Source of the DNA: a virus
Strand: one strand, 5' to 3'
DNA: 64,000 bases
IMG/VR virus record: IMGVR_UViG_3300044624_002142
Span: 1 to 64,000 of that record
The position numbers were made by a program, and so were the translations under genes. Positions 20,639 through 29,695 of the stretch are shown here, piece after piece (the stretch's first letter is position 1; each line of letters begins with the position of its first letter). Under the pieces are notes generated by a model. The model was not told where the DNA came from. It saw nothing but the letters and a program-made list of their open reading frames with translations, and made no database searches.

Positions 20639-23600
20639 ATGCCAATTACAGAAGGGGGTACATTTACTCCACATAATCCAATAGTGAGTCCGGGCGTTTT
20701 TAGTCGTGAAAACGACCTATCAGGTCTCGCTCAGGGTGTTGCTGATATTGGTGGAGCAATTGTCGCTCCCTTTCCAAAGGGACCGGGTTTTGCTCCAACA
20801 GTTGTCACCAGCGTTGCTGAGTTAGAAGAAAAATTTGGTGTAGCGGACGGAGTATATTACGGTCCTTACACTGCTAAACAATATCTACAAGAACAAGGTC
20901 TTGTGACTGTGTGTCGTGTAGGTGCGTTAACAGGTTACGAACAAGATAATCCGTTTGTGATTTACGCAATTCCGGGTTATTATAATCGTGCCACCGAAAG
21001 TGGTTCATTTACCGCTTTGGGAACTGCTGATTCATCATATATTGCTCTTGATCCTGATGATATCATGGTCAATATTCAATATGTCAGTTCTAGTGCAACT
21101 GAAACATTGACGATTACTGGTAGTTTGTACGCAAACTTTGAAACCAGTTCATTCTCAGTGTACAACCCACCGGGAACACCAGGCAACAAGACATATACCA
21201 CTCGTTACATCGGTGATGTACATTTTACATTTGATGCTGCGCACTTTGAAATCAGTTCAAGTTATCAAGGTGACGGATCACTTAGTGCAGATGCTAAGTT
21301 GTTGCGTGCTCTTGCTGAACAAACCGGAAAGTTCTCTGGAAGTTTGGCAACAAGCAGCAGTTTGGTTAAGTTGAGTGATGATTTCCCTGTGTCTGGTACC
21401 GCATCTGAAGTTATTATCAATAACATCAGTTTTGCTAAATATCGTCCAGCTAATAGCTGTGGTGTTCAAATTCAATTGACATGTAACATTAGCGGTAGTT
21501 TTGGTAAATACACTTCATTTGTTGAAACTACGGTTTCTGGTGGAGATCCTTGTAATGATGGTGTTGCTCGTGAGTCTATAGTTTTAGCTGTATTGGCAAA
21601 TACACAAAATGCAGCCATTCAATCTGATGCCAATAACAAATTGGCACAAGTTGTATATGGATTTGAGGGTTCTGCTTTAAGTAAGAAGATTGCAACATCA
21701 GGATTGTACAGTGGTAGTATTGATCCGACCGCACAAGACTTTGTTCTTGATTTGCGTTATAACATCGGTGGTACAAGTGGAAGTTACGGAATCTATGAAT
21801 TCTCATTGGATCCAGCAAGTTCTAATTATATTACCAACGTGTTTGGATCTGATCCAACTGCTGGTGATCCAGCAAAACAAGTTGCTGGTCAAAAGATTGA
21901 AGCTGCTTATTTATATAAGATCTTCAAGGATACAATTGGACGTATTGTTCAAGAAGCAACAGATCCATCTGATGGATGGTTGATTGTTGGTAGTTCAGCT
22001 CCATATGTTCCATCTGGGGGTGCAAATGAACTTACCTTTAATGGTAATCCAATGAAGTTTACTGACGACTACGGTTACGCACCAACAACTGGTGATAGTG
22101 ATTTTAGTTTGAAGTGGGCATCAACACCTTGGATTAACTCACAACAAGTTGCACCATTTACTGGTACATCAGATGTAACTGCACAACCACAACGTTTCCC
22201 ATTATTCCGTGTTCACACTCTTGCTGACGGAACCAATATGAACACGTCATACAAGATCGAAATCAGTGATGTAAAACTCGCTGGTACCGTTACTGGTAGT
22301 GATTATGGTTCATTTACATTGGCAGTACGTAAGTTTAGTGATACTGATAAGAATCCTAAGTATTTGGAACGTTTCCAAAACTTGAATCTTGATCCTGATA
22401 GCAGCAACTTCATTGCTCGTCGTATTGGTGATCGTTACAACTATATTTCTTACTCCGGTAAGATTATTGAGTTTGGTACGTATTCCAATTTGAGTAAGAA
22501 TATTCGTATTGAAATGACCGAGAACGTGTATCCAATATCAGCAGTTCCTTACGGATTTGATGCTCTTGCTACACCACTTGGTGGTAACGTCGGTGGATAT
22601 TTGCCACCAGTTCAATTCAGTCGCGCATCAACATATTCAACTGCTCCGGGTAGATATCCATCTGGTATTGTATTCGGTGAACCACCAATTGGTGCAGCTG
22701 ATGATTTGTTGGCATTGTATCCTACATCATCACTTGGTGTATACAGTGTATATAACGACAATATTCAATACTTTGCTCCATTGCCTTCTTATGAAGGATT
22801 TAGTTCAATTGGCAACAATGTTGTATTTGACCTTGAAACAGGTGATACATACAATCCAGTTGGTTCTAAACAACCAGATGTTCAAAACGACAGTGCTGGT
22901 ATTCCATCAACTTATGACGCTGCATACGAATCAACCCGTGTGAAGATGCGTAAGTTTATACTTGGATTCCAAGGTGGATTTGATGGTCAATCACCAGCAA
23001 TTCCAATCAACGTTGGATCTGATATCATTCCAGGCAACACGCAAGGTTTGAACTGTACTAGTATTACAAGTCCAGGCAGTATTGCTTACAGACAATGTAT
23101 TGGTGCACTAGGTAATGCTGACGAGTTTGATATTAACTTGATTGTGACTCCGGGTATCTTCTATCAACACCACAGTTATGTGGCACAGTTGACAATTGAT
23201 ATGTGTGAAGCACGTGGTGATTGTTTCTATATCATGGATAACGTGGTATTCCCTAAGAGCAATCAAAGCGTTGGATTGATTGATGCTGCTATTAATGTGG
23301 CTGCTACAATTGACAGCAGTTACGTTGCTACATACTATCCATGGGTCAAGATTCTTGATACCAATTTGAACAAGATTGTTAGTGTTCCACCATCAGTTGT
23401 TCTACCTGCTATCTACGCAGCAAACGATAAAGCATCTGCTGAATGGTTTGCTCCAGCTGGTTTAAACCGTGGTGGTATTACACAAGCAGTTCAAGTGTTG
23501 GATCGTTTGACACACGGTGAACGTGATACCCTCTATGAAGGTCGTGTGAACCCAATTGCAGCATTCCCCGGTCAGGGTATCTGTGTATGGGGTCAAAAAA

Positions 23601-23944
23601 CTCTTCAAATTGCCCCAAGTGCATTGGATCGTATCAATGTTCGTCGTTTGATGATCAACTTGAAGAAGTTTATTGCTTCAAGTTCACGTTTCTTGATTTT
23701 CGAACAGAACGTCGCAAATACACGTAACCGTTTCTTGAGTATTGTAAATCCTTACCTTGAACAGGTTCAACAACGTAGTGGTGTGTACGCTTTCCAAGTG
23801 AAGATGGATGAAACAAATAATACACCTGATTTGATTGATAGAAATATCCTTTATGGTCAAATCTTCCTACAACCAACCAAGACTGCTGAATTCATTATTC
23901 TTGATTTCAACATCTTGCCTACGGGTGCATCGTTCGGTGCTTAA
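20639..23944 (+). CDS. Contractile tail sheath protein (T4 gp18-like)
   Basis: N-terminal SPGVFSRENDLS. C-terminal YYPWV, WFAPAGLNRG, VNPI..FPGQG..VWGQKTLQ, ALDRINVRRL and IFLQPTKTAEFIILDF. Confidence 0.96.
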   Translation: MPITEGGTFTPHNPIVSPGVFSRENDLSGLAQGVADIGGAIVAPFPKGPGFAPTVVTSVAELEEKFGVADGVYYGPYTAKQYLQEQGLVTVCRVGALTGYEQDNPFVIYAIPGYYNRATESGSFTALGTADSSYIALDPDDIMVNIQYVSSSATETLTITGSLYANFETSSFSVYNPPGTPGNKTYTTRYIGDVHFTFDAAHFEISSSYQGDGSLSADAKLLRALAEQTGKFSGSLATSSSLVKLSDDFPVSGTASEVIINNISFAKYRPANSCGVQIQLTCNISGSFGKYTSFVETTVSGGDPCNDGVARESIVLAVLANTQNAAIQSDANNKLAQVVYGFEGSALSKKIATSGLYSGSIDPTAQDFVLDLRYNIGGTSGSYGIYEFSLDPASSNYITNVFGSDPTAGDPAKQVAGQKIEAAYLYKIFKDTIGRIVQEATDPSDGWLIVGSSAPYVPSGGANELTFNGNPMKFTDDYGYAPTTGDSDFSLKWASTPWINSQQVAPFTGTSDVTAQPQRFPLFRVHTLADGTNMNTSYKIEISDVKLAGTVTGSDYGSFTLAVRKFSDTDKNPKYLERFQNLNLDPDSSNFIARRIGDRYNYISYSGKIIEFGTYSNLSKNIRIEMTENVYPISAVPYGFDALATPLGGNVGGYLPPVQFSRASTYSTAPGRYPSGIVFGEPPIGAADDLLALYPTSSLGVYSVYNDNIQYFAPLPSYEGFSSIGNNVVFDLETGDTYNPVGSKQPDVQNDSAGIPSTYDAAYESTRVKMRKFILGFQGGFDGQSPAIPINVGSDIIPGNTQGLNCTSITSPGSIAYRQCIGALGNADEFDINLIVTPGIFYQHHSYVAQLTIDMCEARGDCFYIMDNVVFPKSNQSVGLIDAAINVAATIDSSYVATYYPWVKILDTNLNKIVSVPPSVVLPAIYAANDKASAEWFAPAGLNRGGITQAVQVLDRLTHGERDTLYEGRVNPIAAFPGQGICVWGQKTLQIAPSALDRINVRRLMINLKKFIASSSRFLIFEQNVANTRNRFLSIVNPYLEQVQQRSGVYAFQVKMDETNNTPDLIDRNILYGQIFLQPTKTAEFIILDFNILPTGASFGA

Positions 23945-23963
23945 TTAAAGTAACCGATTAATC

Positions 23964-23996
23964 AAAACCTCACCTAGAAATAGGTGGGGTTTTTTT
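23964..23996 (+). terminator. Intrinsic terminator after the sheath gene
   Basis: AAAACCTCACCTA-GAAA-TAGGTGGGGTTTTTTT hairpin followed by a U-tract. Confidence 0.88.
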
Positions 23997-24035
23997 ATTT
24001 AAAAAATAATTTTACAATTCTAGTTTTTTATACTA

Positions 24036-24043
24036 TATTTATA
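24036..24043 (+). promoter_or_regulatory. TATTTATA putative late promoter
   Basis: Octamer 28 nt upstream of ATG 24072. Confidence 0.5.
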
Positions 24044-24071
24044 GTATATCATAGTAACACCATGACAATAT

Positions 24072-25859
24072 ATGCCTTATAAAAGATGTAATCAATGTAA
24101 AAAAAGATTGAGCGATAATCATAGTAATTTTTTTTGTAATATTATATGTGAAAATTTGTATGTAAATTCATCAGATATTTTTTGTAAATTTTGCAACGTC
24201 CTATTAGGAAAACAGTCTACAATTAAAAATAAAATTTTTTGTAATACTGTGTGTCATAATAAGCATCAACAAAAAACAAATTTAGAAAATAGAAATTGCA
24301 TCTATTGTAATACTACTTTTGTAGTTACGAGAAGTTCTAAAAGAAAAAAATTATGTTCACCTGAATGTGAAACGTTTCATGCTAAATCAAGTGAAAGAAA
24401 CGACAAACGAAAAAATACATTAATTCAAAATAATTTAGAAAAATACGGCGTAGAAAGTATTTTTTCGTTGAAAGAGGTACAAGAAAAATCTAAAAAAACA
24501 AAATTAAATAAATATGGACATGAATATTTTAATAATAACGAGATTGCTAAACAAACAAAATTAAATAAATATGGAACTTTAGATTTTAGTGATAAAGCAA
24601 ACAAAACAAAATTAAAAAAGTACGGTACTTTAAATGTAAACGATAAATCAAAACGGACTAAACTAGATAAATATGGTACATTAGATTTTAGTAATAAAGC
24701 AAACAAAACAAAATTAGACAGATATGGCACTAAAAACTTTAGTAACAAAGCTAAAAAAACAACTATAGAAAAATATGGGTCATATTCAAATATTTTATTA
24801 AAAAAATCATTTAAACGATTAGAAGAAAAATATTCATCAATTGTTAAATTTTTATTTTCAGAAGATGAATATGTTGGTGTGAATGAATATAAAAAATATA
24901 AATTTGAATGTTTAAGATGTTCTAATATTTTTGTAGATGATATGTGTAATGGTAGTTCGCCTATTTGCAGAATTTGTAATCCAATAACAAGTAATATTTC
25001 AAGTGAAGAAAAAGAAATTTTATCTTATATAAAAACAATTTGTGATGCTGAAATTATAGAGAATGATAGAAATACATTAAATGGACAAGAAATTGATATT
25101 TTAATACCAAACTTAAATTTGGGTATCGAATATAACGGAATATACTGGCATAGTGAACTTGTTGGCGGTAAAGATAAACACTATCATTTAAACAAAACTA
25201 AGTTATCACTTGATAAAAATATTCAATTGATGCACATATGGGATTGGGAATGGCGGTGCAAAAACTCTATAATTAAAAGTATTTTGATTAATAAGATGGG
25301 TAAATCTGCGAAAGTTTATGCACGAAAATGTGTGGTTAAAGAAGTGTCAAATGAAGATAAATCAACCTTTTTGGAAGACAATCATATACAGGGAGATGAT
25401 ACGTCATCAGTACGATTAGGGTTATATCATAACAACGCATTGGTTTCTATAATGACATTTGTCAAATCCAGATACGATAAAAAATATCAATACGAACTAT
25501 CTAGATATTGCAATTTGTTAAACACAAATATTGTGGGAGGATCTTCTAAGTTATTCACGCATTTTATTAAAAATTATGATGTGAGTTCAGTTGTGACTTA
25601 CAGCGATAAACGTTTATTTACAGGAAAAGTTTACGAAAGGTTGGGTATGCGGAGGTTGAAAAATACTCCCTGTGGTTATCATTATTTTCATAAAAATAAC
25701 GGTATTCCAATGAATAGAACTCATTTTCAAAAACACAAGCTTAATAGAATCTTAGAAAAGTTTGATAGTGGTTTGAGTGAATGGCAGAACATGCAAATTA
25801 ATGGTTATGATCGCATATGGGACTGTGGACACTTTAAGTTTGAATGGACACGAAAATAA
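24072..25859 (+). CDS. Free-standing homing-endonuclease-like protein (Cys-rich Zn repeats, KTKLxKYG repeats, PD-(D/E)XK-like domain, Hef-like C-terminus)
   Basis: Three CxxC...C...C units, 17-aa KTKLxKYG repeats, EIDILIP...GIEYNGIYWH, and ARKC...FLEDNHIQG...ELSRYC...GGSSKL...YSD. It is much more A-rich than its neighbours. Confidence 0.7.
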   Translation: MPYKRCNQCKKRLSDNHSNFFCNIICENLYVNSSDIFCKFCNVLLGKQSTIKNKIFCNTVCHNKHQQKTNLENRNCIYCNTTFVVTRSSKRKKLCSPECETFHAKSSERNDKRKNTLIQNNLEKYGVESIFSLKEVQEKSKKTKLNKYGHEYFNNNEIAKQTKLNKYGTLDFSDKANKTKLKKYGTLNVNDKSKRTKLDKYGTLDFSNKANKTKLDRYGTKNFSNKAKKTTIEKYGSYSNILLKKSFKRLEEKYSSIVKFLFSEDEYVGVNEYKKYKFECLRCSNIFVDDMCNGSSPICRICNPITSNISSEEKEILSYIKTICDAEIIENDRNTLNGQEIDILIPNLNLGIEYNGIYWHSELVGGKDKHYHLNKTKLSLDKNIQLMHIWDWEWRCKNSIIKSILINKMGKSAKVYARKCVVKEVSNEDKSTFLEDNHIQGDDTSSVRLGLYHNNALVSIMTFVKSRYDKKYQYELSRYCNLLNTNIVGGSSKLFTHFIKNYDVSSVVTYSDKRLFTGKVYERLGMRRLKNTPCGYHYFHKNNGIPMNRTHFQKHKLNRILEKFDSGLSEWQNMQINGYDRIWDCGHFKFEWTRK

Positions 25860-25862
25860 CTC

Positions 25863-25893
25863 AAACCTCACCTATTTCTAGGTGAGGTTTTTT
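25863..25893 (+). terminator. Intrinsic terminator; near-perfect inverted copy of 23964-23993
   Basis: AAACCTCACCTA-TTTC-TAGGTGAGGTTTTTT. Confidence 0.88.
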
Positions 25894-25926
25894 GTTTTGT
25901 ATTGCTGTATATTGATATTTATATAT

Positions 25927-26139
25927 GTGGAAACAAACAATGATAAATTTGAGGTTTATGATGATAATAAACTAAATCATGTGATTGCTGCGCCTGATTA
26001 TGGCCAGACTGGAGATACTGATTTGGCTTGGAGTTGTGAAAACTCAAAAGAATATAAGCAGATATGTTTTTGCGATTCAAGCAGTTCAAAACTACTAATT
26101 AAAGTTATAGATTTTTTAAAAAGTGAAAAAAGTGATTAA
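25927..26139 (+). CDS. Hypothetical protein (about 70 aa)
   Basis: In-frame GTG 3 nt after TATTTATA (25916-25923). The track start at 25882 lies inside the terminator. Confidence 0.45.
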   Translation: METNNDKFEVYDDNKLNHVIAAPDYGQTGDTDLAWSCENSKEYKQICFCDSSSSKLLIKVIDFLKSEKSD

Positions 26140-26220
26140 TTGATTATTGCGCAGCAATGCTTATAGGTAATTTCTCACATTGTCAAGATCTTATTGAATT
26201 TTCTTGATATTTATACTCAA

Positions 26221-26847
26221 ATGATACAATTAAAACAAACTCTTCTTGAAGTTTTTGATCATAATCTATTGGAGACTGATGATGAAAATTCAACGGTCAT
26301 TTATTGTGACATGGATGGAGTTTTAGCTGATTTTGATAAGGGATTTGAAAAGTTATCCAATGGAGTATCTGCTGCTGAATTTGATCAAAGAAATCAAAGT
26401 AGTGAAATTTGGAGACTAATATGGAGCGCTCCACCGGATCATGGTATTACGTGGTGGTCAATATTGCCAAAAATGGAAGATTGTGATGTTCTTTGGAAGT
26501 TTATAACATCATTAAAAGTACCGGTCAAAATTTTAAGTAGTACATCTTCCAGAAGGTCAAAAACTAATAATGCTGAAATTGGTAAACGTAAGTGGTTATC
26601 AACCAATTTAACTCCAACACCTAAAGACGAAAATATAATACTAGTTGATAGTTCAGAAGCTAAGCAACAATATGCGTTAGGACCAAATCATATATTAATT
26701 GATGATTTGCCTTCGAATATATCTCAATGGAGAGCAAAAGGTGGAACTGCAATTGAACACAAAAAAGCGGAATCAACTATACCTGAATTAAAAAGAATTT
26801 TAGGAATAACACAAGAAAGTTACGGATATAGTTGGTCAAATATATAA
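26221..26847 (+). CDS. HAD-superfamily phosphatase, 5'(3')-deoxyribonucleotidase-like
   Basis: IYCDMDGVLADF (motif I), ILSS, K and ILIDD (motif IV). ATG lies 5 nt after TATTTATA (26208-26215). Confidence 0.85.
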   Translation: MIQLKQTLLEVFDHNLLETDDENSTVIYCDMDGVLADFDKGFEKLSNGVSAAEFDQRNQSSEIWRLIWSAPPDHGITWWSILPKMEDCDVLWKFITSLKVPVKILSSTSSRRSKTNNAEIGKRKWLSTNLTPTPKDENIILVDSSEAKQQYALGPNHILIDDLPSNISQWRAKGGTAIEHKKAESTIPELKRILGITQESYGYSWSNI

Positions 26848-26848
26848 T

Positions 26849-27535
26849 ATGAAAGCGGTAATTTATAACAATACACTCAATCCCAATATCTGGAACAATG
26901 ATAAAACAATACAGCCAGATGTTCGTGACGCTTTACTAAAAGTTGCTCAGGACTTTTATGAAGAGACAGAATTGTCAGCACCAATTGAAGATGTGTACAT
27001 GTTGGGAAGTGCTGCAAATTACAATTGGGGTCCAACAAGTGATATTGATCTTCATATTTTGATCAATTTTGATAAACTTGGATTGGAACACGATCTTGTA
27101 AAAAAAATGGTAGATAGTATTAAAGCCAATTGGAATAAAAATCATGACATACGTATTCATGGTCACCGAGTAGAGTTGTATATTCAGGATATTAAAGAAA
27201 CCAATAGAGCATTAGGAATATACAGTATTTTGAACAATAAGTGGATAAAAGTACCACAGAAGTTGAATTTGAATTTGGATAAGAACGTAATTCAACAAAA
27301 ATACACAGATATGGTGGTACAAATTAAAAATGCTATCAAGTCAAATAACTTAACAGATTTAAAACGTGTGTTAAAATCAGTATACGATATGCGTGAAGCT
27401 GGTTTAAGTAAAGGTGGTGAATTCAGTGTGGAAAACATTGTTTTCAAATTACTTCGTACTCGTAATCACGTTGATAATTTGAAAACTGCTGTTAATAAAG
27501 TTTATGATACGCAAAATTCATTAAAAGAATCATAA
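26849..27535 (+). CDS. Pol-beta-superfamily nucleotidyltransferase
   Basis: LGSAANYNW...SDIDLHI (GS...DxD) and VELYIQD. Confidence 0.8.
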   Translation: MKAVIYNNTLNPNIWNNDKTIQPDVRDALLKVAQDFYEETELSAPIEDVYMLGSAANYNWGPTSDIDLHILINFDKLGLEHDLVKKMVDSIKANWNKNHDIRIHGHRVELYIQDIKETNRALGIYSILNNKWIKVPQKLNLNLDKNVIQQKYTDMVVQIKNAIKSNNLTDLKRVLKSVYDMREAGLSKGGEFSVENIVFKLLRTRNHVDNLKTAVNKVYDTQNSLKES

Positions 27536-27564
27536 GATTTTTAGAAAAAATCGAAAACTAAAAC

Positions 27565-27572
27565 TATTTATA
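27565..27572 (+). promoter_or_regulatory. TATTTATA putative late promoter for the tube gene
   Basis: Octamer 24 nt upstream of ATG 27597. Confidence 0.6.
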
Positions 27573-27596
27573 TACAAGACCTAATAATAAAAATAT

Positions 27597-28088
27597 ATGG
27601 CAGATCTACTAAATCCAAACGAAATGTTTTACACCGTATTTGAACCAAAAGTTCAAAACCGTTTCATTTTCAGTGTTGACGGTATTCCATCTTTCATCAT
27701 CAAAAAGACGGATCGTCCAAAGTTGAATCAAGAAAAGAAGACCATTGATTATATCAATACACAACGTTACTATAAAGGTAAGAGCGTTTGGAACGACATT
27801 AGTCTTGAACTTTATGACCCAATTGCACCATCTGGTGCTCAGGCTGTTATGGAATGGGTACGTTTGCATCACGAATCTGTAACTGGCCGTGATGGTTATC
27901 TTGACTTTTATAAGAAGGATTGCGCCATTTCAATTCTTGGTCCAGTAGGTGACAAGGTTGAAGAGTGGGTATTGAAGGGTGCACAAATTGTAAGTGCAGA
28001 GTTCGGTAGTGTTGATTGGTCAAATATGGGAGATTCATTGAATATTACATTGAACCTCGCCTACGATTACGCTATACTTCAATTTTAA
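27597..28088 (+). CDS. Tail tube protein (T4 gp19-like)
   Basis: 163 aa. FEPK..NRF, W.DISLELYDPI, VMEW, YKKD, GDKVEEW.LKGA and L.YDYA. It lies downstream of the sheath gene. Confidence 0.92.
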   Translation: MADLLNPNEMFYTVFEPKVQNRFIFSVDGIPSFIIKKTDRPKLNQEKKTIDYINTQRYYKGKSVWNDISLELYDPIAPSGAQAVMEWVRLHHESVTGRDGYLDFYKKDCAISILGPVGDKVEEWVLKGAQIVSAEFGSVDWSNMGDSLNITLNLAYDYAILQF

Positions 28089-28109
28089 TATAAAACATCT
28101 ATTGTATTC

Positions 28110-28143
28110 AAACCTCTCAACTCAAACAGTTGGGAGGTTTTTT
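28110..28143 (+). terminator. Intrinsic terminator after the tube gene
   Basis: AAACCTCTCAACT-CAAAC-AGTTGGGAGGTTTTTT. Confidence 0.85.
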
Positions 28144-28166
28144 ATGCGGTATACTATTTATACGAT

Positions 28167-28514
28167 ATGAAGATTACCAGATCAGAATTGAAATCAATCA
28201 TTAACGAAGTATTGTCTGAAGTGGTTGATTCCGATAAATTCACAAAAACATTGGATGGTTTGAGGAAAAAACAACAAGGATTAAAGGTACAAGTAGCAAA
28301 AGTAGGTGTTGATATCGCTAAAGTACTTGTTGCGCAGTCACTAGAACGTGAACAAACCGCGTCCGATACACTTGATGCTGCAGAAAATCGTGGAGAAGAC
28401 AAATCAAAAGAAACAGAAGCATTAAATACGGCAAAGGAAAATACAAAAAAATCCAGAGATGGTCTAGATGCAGCAAATGATAGTTTGAAAGCTGCACAAA
28501 AAGGTGGATCTTGA
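28167..28514 (+). CDS. Hypothetical coiled-coil protein with an MKITRSELKSIINE leader
   Basis: ATG lies 4 nt after TATTTATA (28155-28162); helical composition. Confidence 0.7.
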   Translation: MKITRSELKSIINEVLSEVVDSDKFTKTLDGLRKKQQGLKVQVAKVGVDIAKVLVAQSLEREQTASDTLDAAENRGEDKSKETEALNTAKENTKKSRDGLDAANDSLKAAQKGGS

Positions 28515-28578
28515 TACTTAATTAAAATAACAAAAAGTTTTATTGAGATACTATATATTGTTACATTAAAGAGTTATT

Positions 28579-29457
28579 ATGAGTGAAGAAAATATTTCCA
28601 TTACACGACCATCGACAATTGTTGGCGGTCCACCTATTGCACGTCAACCATCAATGTCAGTTCCGTTTAATCAAACTGATATTCCCCAAAAGGTTGTTAG
28701 CAAGTTTCCAACTGAGACAATTGAATTGCCAAGTGAGGGTCATTTTTATCCAGAAGGTCATCCTCTTTCAGATGGACATTTGGAATTGAAAATGATGACT
28801 GCAAAGGAAGAAGATATTCTCACCAATCAGAATCTAATTCGTAAAGGTGTCGTTTTGGATAAACTTCTTGAATCGTTGATTGTAACTCAGGTTAAAATTG
28901 ATGATATTCTTATTGGTGACAAGAACGCAGCGTTTTTTGCGGCAAGACGACTTGCCTACGGTGATGTTTATGGTCCCGTCAAGATTACGTGTCCTAAGTG
29001 TCAGACTGAGTGTGAACGAAAGATTGATCTTAGTCTGATGAAGTCTAAGGAATTGGATTTAACTGTGTACCCTAAGGGTCAGAACGAGTTTGAATTTCTT
29101 TTACCATATACCAAGAAGGTTGTTAAGTACAAGTTATTAACACACCGTGATGAAATGACAATTGATGCTGAAATCAAGGCTATGGTCAAGATCAATAAGA
29201 ATGCAAGTAGTGACGTTACCACACGTTTGCGTAACATGATTTTATCGATTGATGGTAATTCAGATAGAGCGTTTATTCAGAAGTTTGTAACACAAGAAAT
29301 GCCATCGAGAGATAGTTTGGCGTTTAGACAACATGTACGTGAACAAACTCCTGATTTGGATATGACGTTTGATTTTGGATGTGATGAATGTTCGCATGAG
29401 GAAAGGGTTTCGGTGCCGATGACGGCACAGTTTTTTTGGCCTGACTCCGGAGGATAA
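28579..29457 (+). CDS. T4 gp26-like baseplate hub / tail assembly chaperone
   Basis: IELPSEG.FY, MTAKEEDIL, CPKC, F.LP..K..V.YKLLT and CDEC; ends QFFWP. It sits between the tube and tape measure genes. Confidence 0.78.
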   Translation: MSEENISITRPSTIVGGPPIARQPSMSVPFNQTDIPQKVVSKFPTETIELPSEGHFYPEGHPLSDGHLELKMMTAKEEDILTNQNLIRKGVVLDKLLESLIVTQVKIDDILIGDKNAAFFAARRLAYGDVYGPVKITCPKCQTECERKIDLSLMKSKELDLTVYPKGQNEFEFLLPYTKKVVKYKLLTHRDEMTIDAEIKAMVKINKNASSDVTTRLRNMILSIDGNSDRAFIQKFVTQEMPSRDSLAFRQHVREQTPDLDMTFDFGCDECSHEERVSVPMTAQFFWPDSGG

Positions 29458-29635
29458 GATATCGTTACATACACAAATCTTTGATTTGGCGTATTATTCG
29501 GAGGGTGCTTTCAATCATGAAATAGTGTACAATTTGCCTGTACACTTGCGTGTCTTTTACCTGCGTAAATTGGCCGAAGTTCGGAAAAAAGAAAACGAAC
29601 AGATGGAAAAAGCATCAAAACCTAAAGGTAAATAA
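29432..29635 (+). CDS. Unannotated +1-frame ORF (FFGLTPEDKISLHTQIFDLAYY...KPKGK), probable frameshift extension of the chaperone
   Basis: The frame is open from 29423 (TGA at 29420) to TAA 29633-29635. There is no ATG until 29603. It overlaps the T7 run at 29431-29437. Confidence 0.7.
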   Translation, partial: FFGLTPEDKISLHTQIFDLAYYSEGAFNHEIVYNLPVHLRVFYLRKLAEVRKKENEQMEKASKPKGK

Positions 29636-29695
29636 CCATAGAAAATCGAACAATAACTGTATGAATTTTATATTTATAATGTACAATAGATTTTT

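Noticed and set aside
29430-29444. Canonical -1 frameshift at the T-run
   Set aside because: The -1 frame meets TGA at 29442-29444. Only the +1/-2 frame is open.
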